Of a stretch of DNA of 64,000 nucleotides, positions 10,001-16,855 are shown piece by piece. Each line of letters begins with the position of its first letter. Position 1 is the stretch's first letter. The notes below the pieces were generated by a model. It saw only the letters and a list, made by a program, of their open reading frames with translations. It did no database searches and was not told the origin of the DNA. Source of the DNA: an archaeon (GTDB lineage: Archaea; Nanobdellota; Nanobdellia; Woesearchaeales; GW2011-AR9). The position numbers and the translations under genes are program-made. The DNA is taken from contig JBDRMB010000039.1 in the NCBI GenBank assembly GCA_043812455.1, positions 12,736 through 76,735 on the forward strand, in the 5' to 3' direction.

Positions 10001-10661
10001 TTTCTTCCTCAGATTCTTCAACAATTTCTTCAGGTACAGCCTCTACTGGCTCTCCAATAACTGGTTCTTCAGAGGATTCTTCAGCTACTTCTTTTATCTC
10101 TTCTTCAACTACATCTTCAATTACTTCTTCTACTTCCGTTTCTTCAACAACTTCTTCTATTTGCTCTTCTTCATCTTCAATTATTTCTTCTTGTTCTTCT
10201 GGTTCCTCAGCTATCTCCTCTTCAGCTTCTTCAATTGCAACATCTTCTGAACCAACTGCAGTAATGAAACCAGTTGCTTTATCCACCCAATCATCCCTTA
10301 ATGAATCACCATCAAACACCAGCCACTTTTGGTCTCCACTATTCAAATAAACTTTAACAGAATCATTACCTATTACTTTACCAGATAATTTCAAGGACCT
10401 TAAATTAAATTCTTCAGGATGTTCTTCAATCACAAATACTTCTTGATTGTCAGAATCATAATTAAGATTCAAATCCTCCTCAAACGGTATCCAATTAGAA
10501 CTACCTATCATTAGTCCAGTGATCCCACCACCAAAGGTGTAGACCAATACTAATAATAACATAACAGTTGCAAAGGACCAAACATACAAGAACAGTCTGT
10601 CTTCAGGTTCTTTCTTTATACGTTTCCGAAGTTTGTTTTTGTTATTATTCATTGTTTCCAA
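4056..10661 (-). CDS. Giant (about 2200 aa) multidomain cell-surface protein with an N-terminal anchor and three C-terminal TM helices
   Basis: Uninterrupted 6.6-kb ORF. The start is TTG at 10661 or ATG at 10652; the ATG overlaps the upstream stop as ATGA. Contains an N-terminal TM, a Glu-rich linker, dense N-x-S/T sequons, a cupredoxin-like segment (GDTIVWHN..SPGTYWIVDG), jelly-roll/LamG-like and Ig/FN3-like segments, five W..C...Y.D.N.CG..LP Cys modules, CGDGSCNNGESCSSCTADCGTC, C-terminal TM helices and a Lys-rich tail. Confidence 0.9.
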   Translation of the reverse strand: METMNNNKNKLRKRIKKEPEDRLFLYVWSFATVMLLLVLVYTFGGGITGLMIGSSNWIPFEEDLNLNYDSDNQEVFVIEEHPEEFNLRSLKLSGKVIGNDSVKVYLNSGDQKWLVFDGDSLRDDWVDKATGFITAVGSEDVAIEEAEEEIAEEPEEQEEIIEDEEEQIEEVVEETEVEEVIEDVVEEEIKEVAEESSEEPVIGEPVEAVPEEIVEESEEETNETIGVPEEEIEETVEETTANKTGDKIENVTTPETSEQNISINETVDELETNLTINETLTNATSTDVTNTTSNVINTTNNTSSGSGGGSSGALVTNETIAEVTETINETDVNETEELEKLEEKIEVGPVTYHINITYEEFEPEVLDLSVGDTIVWHNLREEKTPRTAMIVGARNPYTSIRSEELESGETYSWTFDSPGTYWIVDGIDTRMDSKITVKGDGEEFREFREVEENITINITEEINEIEFEDICSDTCLLPSGLNSTEFTLVFEIEEGTELELTKIWFALEDMEPKVNFKIEVIDQDGNLIDSLIYLDESKLNNNEPELILAGIYNLSVTLNDSISEINFDDILINESVNNSIVIDYNVSGNENWTQAYAVSVPYEGTANIIGSANKLHTCINWNVSTWNCEQGWTYLKNITDNYTINLEIGGNAFAEANNLTEINYQIIKEDPLYDAIIDSVVFENQTLTVIFHHDSEIVLPIRIEGNLAEYELSQDESVAGENVTLIVPNWNNEYFRIYVGDHTEVVSFGVQKEFDFNVDVKDSKGDAVNVTLEFVDSGTEQVIYQTKADIKKGVSLGIAKKDRSKSNQKPGNGKKSIDTKIKEGVYDIKINPENNPIKEILINDVSINSNVSELIDIDNVNESENNLTEFIEVYAIDPTKFNFTSATVTIKEAKGTKLFKCSTWNFTTSTCEIKEENCVIDPDEPDGQICDYVGGWVEIMEIIPGQEYNITLTPDDPGFAEGSPSTGTADAGSYTFIVSGNKHELSSGTYTNTWADDSSYYCNGYKDATTPNNNNWMTYFDFNVSALNVTELDQLTFEWKGYAIGDDGYCGPKSDPAECSDGHGTCQPSYIRIYDWSTGQWDKLSSTSYTITSTWDDTQQTILRTNSFPEQNWYNDSSGIVRIAFEHNETGMSYNYETYLIHDYVGLTLNYTSQNNPTVPTSITCDGGNCNNTFVGDVEIQCSGSTDVENDTITYLINAYYYQTGAGNSTYFNAGFESDTDSFSYTDNKYGTSGNTVQETGTRLSSSRKDSYSCPSGSNCLEVALNLDSPNSANGAYSGGWGRNVDITESGNVTVSFDYRLIISSEMESNEYGMIKFRNISDNSIINGVQILGDGNGGSNLATAGSESYSVYLNSGSYSFDAGCYLTGVSATDEFTECLIDNVQIIGEGVSEGYYWIYIGNHTEGNSYIWDISNISDQSDVNLQCRAIDLVGSNIYSDYYNPLINITIGSCVENWEVQYTSCNISDNRTKYYADNNICGTTNDLPVDNGTIKSCDYCSYSVTNTSWSNWEDQSICLINDTQLENRSLTEYDANYNSCYTITGLPSDLWNNDVNNIYWDFNYTSCDFCSPSWIAVNTSCNSSDQLTQWYNDTNNCYSQTGLGSDDNAPANETFSCDYDGAPGITIISPTAITYTNSSVLMNLSTSGASNVWFYNGTANETYTSPVYRTFSEGSNTLNAWANDTYGNVNTTNITFTIDTMAPATINGLALLQKSISYVYWIWNNPVDSDFSHVEVYLNRNNIVNTSNEYYYATNLNSSMPYTISTRTVDDYGNVNSNWVNNTQTTDAGCAEHWIQIDEDCLANNTFLTLYNDTNACGTNATLPAGNGTYLTCDYIISTEFGGTNFDTANLSSITNLILTVSNYGLVNFTETISINSSLDLDSNIDISNNLISISSEDLPEFNKPAILTLYNLSFTDPAILKDGSTCVDCTELSYTGGNLTFSVTGFSTYYAEEGLFCGDGSCNNGESCSSCTADCGTCQTGGGRGGGSSRTTTTIENETGGECKENWACTAWNDCIDDKSTRECTEINNCGTTEFKPNTVNHCDTDLSKPVESKTCEEIIDTPSVGKGSQGDIPLTGAATFSPTVSPISLPNPELLIPTILLLVLLLALISLRKSKLPKKISWLIAALYVAVIVVILALLLITFLPPVNVLELINVNSTIINIVLGVIVFLAMIISLFVYQIKKSKAKKNKVSRKKEKKKISI

Positions 10662-11194
10662 AATTTACCATATTCTCCTTCTTTCTCTTCAGGAACTAAA
10701 CTTTCGTAAATTTGGACCATTCGAAGACGTTCTATTCCAACTTGTTTTTGAATTGTAGTAAGAGTTATGCCACGTTCTAAGGCGTGAGCTATATGAGTGT
10801 AGCGAATCACTTGCGGGTTAATCTTTCCCAGTCTTGCTTTCAGACCATATGATTGGAGCAATTGACGAACCCGCTTAGTTGTTATGTTATAACTTTGACG
10901 TGTAACAAATAAGTATACAAAATTTTCACCCCTAGTGTATTTTTTTAACTCATTAACCAACTTGCTGGATATAAAGCATATTCTGGACTTTTTTGTTTTA
11001 GTAATATCACTAGGGTATTTTATAGTTTTCGATTTTACGTTTATATTATTATATTTAATATTAACAAGTTCGTTAACAGTACATCCTGTTTCATACAAGA
11101 TTTGAAGAATTATTTTATCACGTTGATTTTGAATTTGACTCCTAAGTCTAACAAGTTCACCCCTACTTAAACTTTGAATCACCTTCTTTTTCAT
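10649..11194 (-). CDS. Tyrosine recombinase (phage integrase family) catalytic-domain-only protein, probably degenerate
   Basis: LYETGCTVNELVNIKYNNI and INPQVIRYTHIAHALERGITLTTIQKQVGIERLRMVQIY align by eye to xTGxRxSEL and HxLRHxxATHL...GH...T.IY of XerC/D-type enzymes. There is no N-terminal core-binding domain. I prefer ATG at 11194 over the track's TTG at 11215. The stop overlaps the giant gene's ATG. Confidence 0.65.
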   Translation of the reverse strand: MKKKVIQSLSRGELVRLRSQIQNQRDKIILQILYETGCTVNELVNIKYNNINVKSKTIKYPSDITKTKKSRICFISSKLVNELKKYTRGENFVYLFVTRQSYNITTKRVRQLLQSYGLKARLGKINPQVIRYTHIAHALERGITLTTIQKQVGIERLRMVQIYESLVPEEKEGEYGKFWKQ

Positions 11195-11195
11195 A

Positions 11196-11464
11196 AGTTT
11201 CTCTTTTGTAAACAAAAGCCCATCTGTGTTAAATACTTAAATCTGTTTTAAACTAACTTCAAAAGAAAGTTTTTAGGTATTTAAAAGTTTCCCTTTTGTA
11301 AATAAAAGGTTAACATAAACTAAAAAAAGTGATTTGGACAAGAGCCATTCAAAAAATAGATAGTTTCCCTTTTGTAAACAAAAAGAAAACAGACAGTAGG
11401 TAGAGGACTAATTTGTACAGAAAAAACTACATAACACACCAGTTTCTCTTTTGTAAACAGAAAG
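11196..11464 (-). repeat. Four dispersed copies of a 23-24 nt motif with an internal 7-bp inverted repeat (operator-like)
   Basis: Plus-strand reading AGTTTC(T/C)CTTTTGTAAA(C/T)A(A/G)AAG at 11196, 11286, 11362 and 11441. The core CTTTTGT-AA-ACAAAAG is palindromic. Copy 1 abuts the recombinase-like gene's ATG. Confidence 0.6.
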
Positions 11465-11541
11465 GAAGTTGTAATAAAGCATATTTTGTAAATATCAATT
11501 TTAAATAGATACATATTATTGTTTATATTATTGTTTATATT

Positions 11542-11913
11542 ATGACCACAATGACAAACAAGACTTATCCAGGCACAAAAACAGATCAAATCATTGATAT
11601 AATAGTAATTTCTGCAATTGCTTTAGGACTGATGTGTATCATAAGTAAAACTTTTTTGGATTTTGGAGTAGAATGTGTCAACAGTGCAACTTTAATTTTT
11701 ATTACAGGAGTAGTATGCTTAAATTTTGGAAGGACTTTTCTTAGAAAAGGCCCAGTTAGTTTAATCAAATATCACTTTTTAGACTTAGTAATTATGATAG
11801 CGTTCATTATCCTTTTTTCTGGAATCGTTTATCCTGCGATAGGAAGAATATATTATCTTTTAACTGAACAACCATGCAAAAAAGAAAATTCAATACACAA
11901 AATGGGTTTGTAA
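11542..11913 (+). CDS. Hypothetical small membrane protein (123 aa)
   Basis: An ORF with 3-4 hydrophobic segments (IIDIIVISAIALGLMCII, LIFITGVVCLNF, LVIMIAFIILFSGIVYPAI). No recognisable motif. Its coding status rests only on length and hydrophobic periodicity. Confidence 0.4.
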   Translation: MTTMTNKTYPGTKTDQIIDIIVISAIALGLMCIISKTFLDFGVECVNSATLIFITGVVCLNFGRTFLRKGPVSLIKYHFLDLVIMIAFIILFSGIVYPAIGRIYYLLTEQPCKKENSIHKMGL

Positions 11914-11931
11914 GCCAATTATTTAAATCAT

Positions 11932-12771
11932 TCAGAACCCAAATAACAACCTTGGTGAGATGAATACTTCTATTGCAGCTGCAAGAATTATTATAAATAT
12001 AGCCAATACAAACAAACTTCCAGAATCTAACATTACTCGTTTAAATTTCTTGCTCATGAACTTTTCCTTGTGAAGTGCTGCTGATAAGATTCCGCCTGAT
12101 AAGCCGACAAGAAAATATGCAACAATTTCAGGGATACCATGAACAAAATAACCAACTAAATTTATTGATATCACTTGTGCGATGTTAGTGCCTAAAGAGA
12201 TCCCGTGCCTGATTGCACTACCTAACGCGACACCCATCACTGAAGCATTCCAAGTTATAATGAAAATTGCTCCCACCCCATAAAAGAAAGAGAAAATTAA
12301 ACAGAAAAGCATTACTTTAAGATTATTAAATATTATTTGACCCATCGTTTCAAAAGAGGCATAAAATTTTCCCGTTGCCATAGTGTGGATATGAATAATA
12401 GTATCAATCTGAGAACTGAACAATTTTTCAATCACAGAGCTTGGTAAAACAACATAAAGAACAGTAAACACAGTAACAAATCCTAAAAATAAAAACACAA
12501 ACACATTAATTAACTTATAATGCTCTTTTAAGATTTTAAATTCATTAAACTTTTTCATTACCACATCCTTGTTCTCTTCAGAAGTTATTGCCTTGTGTAT
12601 AAAAGGCACACAGGCCATAGCAGTAAGAGCAACCACCACTAAACTTGCCTGAGTATTAAAGATCCAATAACTAAGGATTACTGCAAACAGGGAATATAAT
12701 GCACCTATGAAATACATCTCCCACGGATTACCAGTTGCTTTTTTAGGATTAATAATAAAATCTAAAACCAT
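11932..12771 (-). CDS. Polytopic membrane protein, SpoIIM-like / DUF95 family (paralog of 2530..3372)
   Basis: NNLKVMLFCLIFSFFYGVGAIFIITWNASVMGVALG and HGIPEIVAYFLVGLSGG are collinear with the 2530..3372 protein. Confidence 0.65.
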   Translation of the reverse strand: MVLDFIINPKKATGNPWEMYFIGALYSLFAVILSYWIFNTQASLVVVALTAMACVPFIHKAITSEENKDVVMKKFNEFKILKEHYKLINVFVFLFLGFVTVFTVLYVVLPSSVIEKLFSSQIDTIIHIHTMATGKFYASFETMGQIIFNNLKVMLFCLIFSFFYGVGAIFIITWNASVMGVALGSAIRHGISLGTNIAQVISINLVGYFVHGIPEIVAYFLVGLSGGILSAALHKEKFMSKKFKRVMLDSGSLFVLAIFIIILAAAIEVFISPRLLFGF

Positions 12772-12908
12772 TGTTAAAAATAAAATTTTTAACTATTTAA
12801 ATTGTTCTGTGATATTTGTTAGAGAATAATGCCCTTATTTGGAAATTATATGAATTATATGGATAAATTAAGAATAAATCATGAATAACAAATAGTACAA
12901 CAGCATCC

Positions 12909-13583
12909 TCAATATTTTCCAACGTCATGTGGCAAATCACAAATAGAATTAAATACAAAATCAGCTTGCAAATTGTCCAATAATTGTTGATAATTAAATT
13001 TCCCCCTAATTAAAACAACTTCAATCCCCATTTGTTTCCCAGCAATTACATCACCATTAGAATCGCCGATATAAATTATTTCTTCCGGTTTAAGCTTGTG
13101 CTTCTTAATGATATGTTTAAGATTTTCAATTTTAGATTTTGGACCACCCAATATTTCATCAAAGTATTTTGCTAAACCGCAATGTGCTGCAACTTTTTTA
13201 ACTTCACGTTTGTTTTCAAGTGATAGGAGAAATAAGAAATTAACTTGGTTTTTCAATTCTTTGATGATGTTGGTACATTGAAACAGTGGGCAAACATTAA
13301 GTTCTCTTTCATAATGTTTCCCAAAATGGTCTTCAATTTCTTTTAATTCCTTCAAAGTAGATTTGCGCTTGACAAACTGTTTGAATAATGTTACAACTTT
13401 TTCGTGCCTAGTCTTACCATCACTCATTAATTTTGTATAAGCTGCAGAAACTCCTTTGTTAATATCAAATTTCTCTTTAAATACGTCAGCCATAGCTTTA
13501 GCTTTTCGATCTTCAGACATGATCAAAGTTCCATCAAAGTCAAAACCAATGGCTTTAATTTTATTTTTTTCTTTCTGTCTCAT
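12909..13583 (-). CDS. HAD-superfamily hydrolase (phosphatase-like)
   Basis: Motif I FDFDGTLI near the N-terminus and motif IV GDSNGDVIAG near the C-terminus; 224 aa. Confidence 0.8.
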   Translation of the reverse strand: MRQKEKNKIKAIGFDFDGTLIMSEDRKAKAMADVFKEKFDINKGVSAAYTKLMSDGKTRHEKVVTLFKQFVKRKSTLKELKEIEDHFGKHYERELNVCPLFQCTNIIKELKNQVNFLFLLSLENKREVKKVAAHCGLAKYFDEILGGPKSKIENLKHIIKKHKLKPEEIIYIGDSNGDVIAGKQMGIEVVLIRGKFNYQQLLDNLQADFVFNSICDLPHDVGKY

Positions 13584-13804
13584 TTTTGTGATTTATTTTA
13601 TTTTTTAATTTGATTTTAAAGAATGCTGAATAAAATTAATTATAAAGTGGTCGTTGGATGCAATAAATTTGTCATACCAAAAGAAAAACAGTTTAGGTTT
13701 ATATGTTTAACCCAATATGTTTAACTCATCAAGTATTTACTGTAACTACCCCAAAACATTTATTAACTTTAAATTATTAATAATTTGATATAAATTTCAA
13801 AAGA

Positions 13805-14668
13805 GTGAAGATGAAAAAATTAACAACAGTAAAAGATCTAAGATTGATGGCTAACACCATTAGACAAGATATTATTACTTCTTTAGCTGAAGCCAAATCT
13901 GGACATTCTGCTGGACCTTTAGGGATGGCAGATATATTTGCAGCTCTGTTTTTTAATGTTCTCAAACACGATCCAAAAAAAGTAAATTGGGATAAAAGAG
14001 ATAGAGTGATTCTTTCTAATGGACATATTTGTCCAGTATTGTATGCTGCAATGGCAAATGCTGGTTATTTCCCAAAAAAAGAGTTGATGACATTACGTAA
14101 ACTAGGAACCAGATTGCAAGGTCATCCTCACCGAGAAGCTTTACCAGGATTAGAAACAACATCTGGACCGTTAGGTTCTGGAATGTCACAAGCTTGTGGT
14201 ATGGCTTATGGATTAAAATTAGATGGTAAAAAAAATATTGTATGGTGTCTTACTTCAGACGGCGAACATGAAGAAGGAAATACTTGGGAAGCTGTATTAT
14301 TTGCTGCTAAGAACAAACTTGACAATTTAGTTTGCATCCTTGATAGAAACTATATCCAAATTGATGGCAATACTGAAGATATAATGCCGCTTGATCCATT
14401 AGATGAAAAATATAAAGCGTTTAACTGGAATGTGAAAGTGATTAAAGGTAATGATATGAAAGAAATTTTGAGTGCATTAAAACAAGCACGCAATAATAAA
14501 GGCAAACCTTTGATGATTATCGCTAACACTATTCCAGGAAAAGGAGTTTCTTTTATGGAAAATGACCATACTTGGCATGGTAAACCGCCTAAATCAGAAG
14601 AAGCTAAGATTGCATTAGCCGAGCTTAATAAAATTCGTAATAAAATTAAGCGAATAAAAATTAAATAA
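13805..14668 (+). CDS. Transketolase, N-terminal (TPP-binding) subunit
   Basis: GHSAGPLGMADIFAALFF, DRVILSNGHICPVLYA, GHPH, TSGPLGSGMSQACGMA, SDGEHEEGNTWEA, DRNYIQIDG. The start is GTG at 13805 or ATG at 13811. Confidence 0.9.
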   Translation: MKMKKLTTVKDLRLMANTIRQDIITSLAEAKSGHSAGPLGMADIFAALFFNVLKHDPKKVNWDKRDRVILSNGHICPVLYAAMANAGYFPKKELMTLRKLGTRLQGHPHREALPGLETTSGPLGSGMSQACGMAYGLKLDGKKNIVWCLTSDGEHEEGNTWEAVLFAAKNKLDNLVCILDRNYIQIDGNTEDIMPLDPLDEKYKAFNWNVKVIKGNDMKEILSALKQARNNKGKPLMIIANTIPGKGVSFMENDHTWHGKPPKSEEAKIALAELNKIRNKIKRIKIK

Positions 14669-14701
14669 TATTTAGATCAAGCTGAAAATAAAAGAGATAG
14701 A

Positions 14702-15712
14702 ATGGCAAAAAGATGTGACTTGGAAAGATTGAAAGGTTTGAACAAAGATCTAAAGCTAGAATTTCCTGAACAAAAGATTCCTACTAGAAATGGTTATGGT
14801 GATGCTTTAGTAGAACTTGGTAAAATAAACAAAAGTGTGATGGTACTTTGTGCAGATCTTACTGAATCCACCAGAGTTGAAAAGTTTAGAGAAAAATTCC
14901 CAAAACGGTTCGTTGAAATTGGTGTTGCAGAACAGAATTTAGTTACTGTAGCTTCAGGTTTGGCAGCAGTTGGAAAAATACCGTTTGCTTCTTCTTATGC
15001 AATGTTTTGTCCAGGAAGGTGTTGGGAACAAATTAGAACTACCATCTGTTATAACAACCAGAACGTAAAAATAATCGGTGCACATTCCGGGGTTTCTGTT
15101 GGTCCTGACGGTGCAACTCATCAAGCATTAGAAGATATCGCTATCATGCGAGCATTACCTAACATGGTAGTTATTGTACCAGCAGATTATGAACAGACCA
15201 AGAAAGCTACGCACGCGATTGCAAAATATAAAGGACCAGCCTACATGCGTTTTGCCAGAGAAAAAACCCCACAGTTCACTACAAAAAGTACAGAATTTAA
15301 AATTGGTAAAGCTCAAGTTTTGAAACGAGGTAAAGATTTAGCGATTATTGGAGCAGGACCGGTAGTATACGAATGTTTAGAAGCTGCTGAAATGTTAGAA
15401 CGAAAAGGAATTAGTGCTGAAGTTATCAATTGTCATACTATCAAACCACTTGACAAAAATACAATTCTTTCCGCTGCAAAAAAGTGCGGCTGTGTACTTA
15501 CCGTAGAAGAAGCCCAGATTATTGGAGGGTTAGGTGGAGCAATCAGTGAACTTCTTAGCGAAAATTGGCCGACTAAAATTAAACGTATAGGTGTCAGAGA
15601 CCATTTCGGTGAATCAGGAAGTCCAGACGAGCTTTTGCAAAAGTTTGGTTTCAGCTCAAAACATATTTTCAAAGAAGCGTTCAAATTTTGTAAGTGTGTT
15701 AAAAATAATTAA
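14702..15712 (+). CDS. Transketolase, C-terminal (pyrimidine-binding) subunit
   Basis: TRNGYGDALVELG, CADLTESTR, FPKRFVEIGVAEQNLVTVASGLA, HSGVSVGPDGATHQALEDIA. Adjacent to the N-terminal subunit, which is the split archaeal arrangement. Confidence 0.9.
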   Translation: MAKRCDLERLKGLNKDLKLEFPEQKIPTRNGYGDALVELGKINKSVMVLCADLTESTRVEKFREKFPKRFVEIGVAEQNLVTVASGLAAVGKIPFASSYAMFCPGRCWEQIRTTICYNNQNVKIIGAHSGVSVGPDGATHQALEDIAIMRALPNMVVIVPADYEQTKKATHAIAKYKGPAYMRFAREKTPQFTTKSTEFKIGKAQVLKRGKDLAIIGAGPVVYECLEAAEMLERKGISAEVINCHTIKPLDKNTILSAAKKCGCVLTVEEAQIIGGLGGAISELLSENWPTKIKRIGVRDHFGESGSPDELLQKFGFSSKHIFKEAFKFCKCVKNN

Positions 15713-15734
15713 GTTAAGAATAAGTAAATTGAAA

Positions 15735-16781
15735 ATGGTTAATAAGAAAGTTGTTAAAAATAAGAAAATTAACTTTAAAGAGAAAAAAGTTCCTAAGAAA
15801 GTAAAAGTGAATAGTAAAAATTTATCACCTTCTAAACTTTATGACACTATCATAATCGGCGCTGGGATTTCCGGTTTGACTGCTGCAATGTATGCTGCCA
15901 GGAAACGTATGAAGTATGAAATAATTTCTTCTGACTTTGGCGGACAGTTCATGGTAAGTGGTGAGGTTCTCAATTACCCTGGAATTATAAAAACCAATGG
16001 AGTTGAGTTTAGTAATATAATGGAAGAACAGATGAAATTTAATGATGTTAAAATCAAACTTGAAACTGTAAAATCAGTAAAGAAGACTAAAAATGGATTT
16101 AAAGTTCTCACAGATAAAAAAGAGTACGATACCAAAACAGTTTTGGTAACTACCGGTTCTAAACCGCGTAAATTAAATGTTTTAGGTGAAGAAAAATTCC
16201 AAAACATGGGAGTTACTTATTGTTCTATCTGTGACGGACCACTGTTTAAAGGAAAAGATGTAGTTATTGTTGGTGGTGGTGCTTCAGCTTTGGAAGCAGT
16301 AGATTTCATGAGAAATATTGCTCGGAAAATTTATGTTATTGTGCGCGGGGATAAATTTACTGGTCATGAATATTTAATTGAAAAAGTTAAGAAAATCAAG
16401 AAGGTTAAAGTATTTTTCAATACCGAAACTACAGAAATTGTTGGTGATAGATTTGTAAATGGTTTGAAGTATAAACAAACATATGGAAAAGTTAGTAAAA
16501 ATAGTAAAAACGAAAAAAGTAAAATTTCAGAAAAAGAACTTAAAGTTGAAGCAGTAATAGTTGAAATTGGTCGGCTTCCTAACACAGAATTTGTCAATGG
16601 TCTTGTTGAATTAGATGAACACAAGCATATTCAAATCGACAATTGGGGAAAAACTAACGTTGAAGGGATATTTGCAGCAGGAGATTGCGCTTCAGGACAT
16701 GAATATCAATATGTCATCTCAGCCGGACAAGGTTGTATGGCTTTATTGAAAACAGTAAGGTATTTGGCTGGAAAGAAGTAA
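15735..16781 (+). CDS. Thioredoxin-reductase-like FAD/NAD(P) oxidoreductase with a Lys-rich N-terminal extension
   Basis: IIIGAGISGLTAAMYAARK (FAD GxGxxG), CSICDGPLFKGKDVVIVGGGASALEA (redox CxxC plus NAD GGG), AAGDC. I use ATG at 15735; the track start at 15591 lies inside the transketolase gene. Confidence 0.8.
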   Translation: MVNKKVVKNKKINFKEKKVPKKVKVNSKNLSPSKLYDTIIIGAGISGLTAAMYAARKRMKYEIISSDFGGQFMVSGEVLNYPGIIKTNGVEFSNIMEEQMKFNDVKIKLETVKSVKKTKNGFKVLTDKKEYDTKTVLVTTGSKPRKLNVLGEEKFQNMGVTYCSICDGPLFKGKDVVIVGGGASALEAVDFMRNIARKIYVIVRGDKFTGHEYLIEKVKKIKKVKVFFNTETTEIVGDRFVNGLKYKQTYGKVSKNSKNEKSKISEKELKVEAVIVEIGRLPNTEFVNGLVELDEHKHIQIDNWGKTNVEGIFAAGDCASGHEYQYVISAGQGCMALLKTVRYLAGKK

Positions 16782-16855
16782 AGTAAAAAGATTATTTTTA
16801 TATTCTAAAATTCTAGTAAGAACCTTTAAAAATAGCTTCTGAAATAGATACTTTT

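Noticed and set aside
9763-10350. Plus-strand ORFs of 195 aa and 121 aa (9763..10350, 9885..10250), rich in Ser/Phe
   Set aside because: They are antisense to the GAA-rich (poly-Glu) linker of the 2201-aa gene. The open frames are a by-product of the low-complexity codon repeat.
11196-11589. Possible CRISPR array (regularly spaced 23-nt repeats), and the 89-aa ORF 11320..11589(-)
   Set aside because: The repeats are imperfect and the spacers (53-67 nt) are much longer than the repeats. There are only four copies and no cas genes. The 89-aa ORF is just the repeat motif translated (FTKEKL / VYKRET).
15591-15734. Track start of the TrxR-like ORF at 15591
   Set aside because: The extension overlaps the transketolase C-terminal gene in another frame. 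ATG at 15735 lies just downstream of that gene's stop and precedes the FAD-binding motif.
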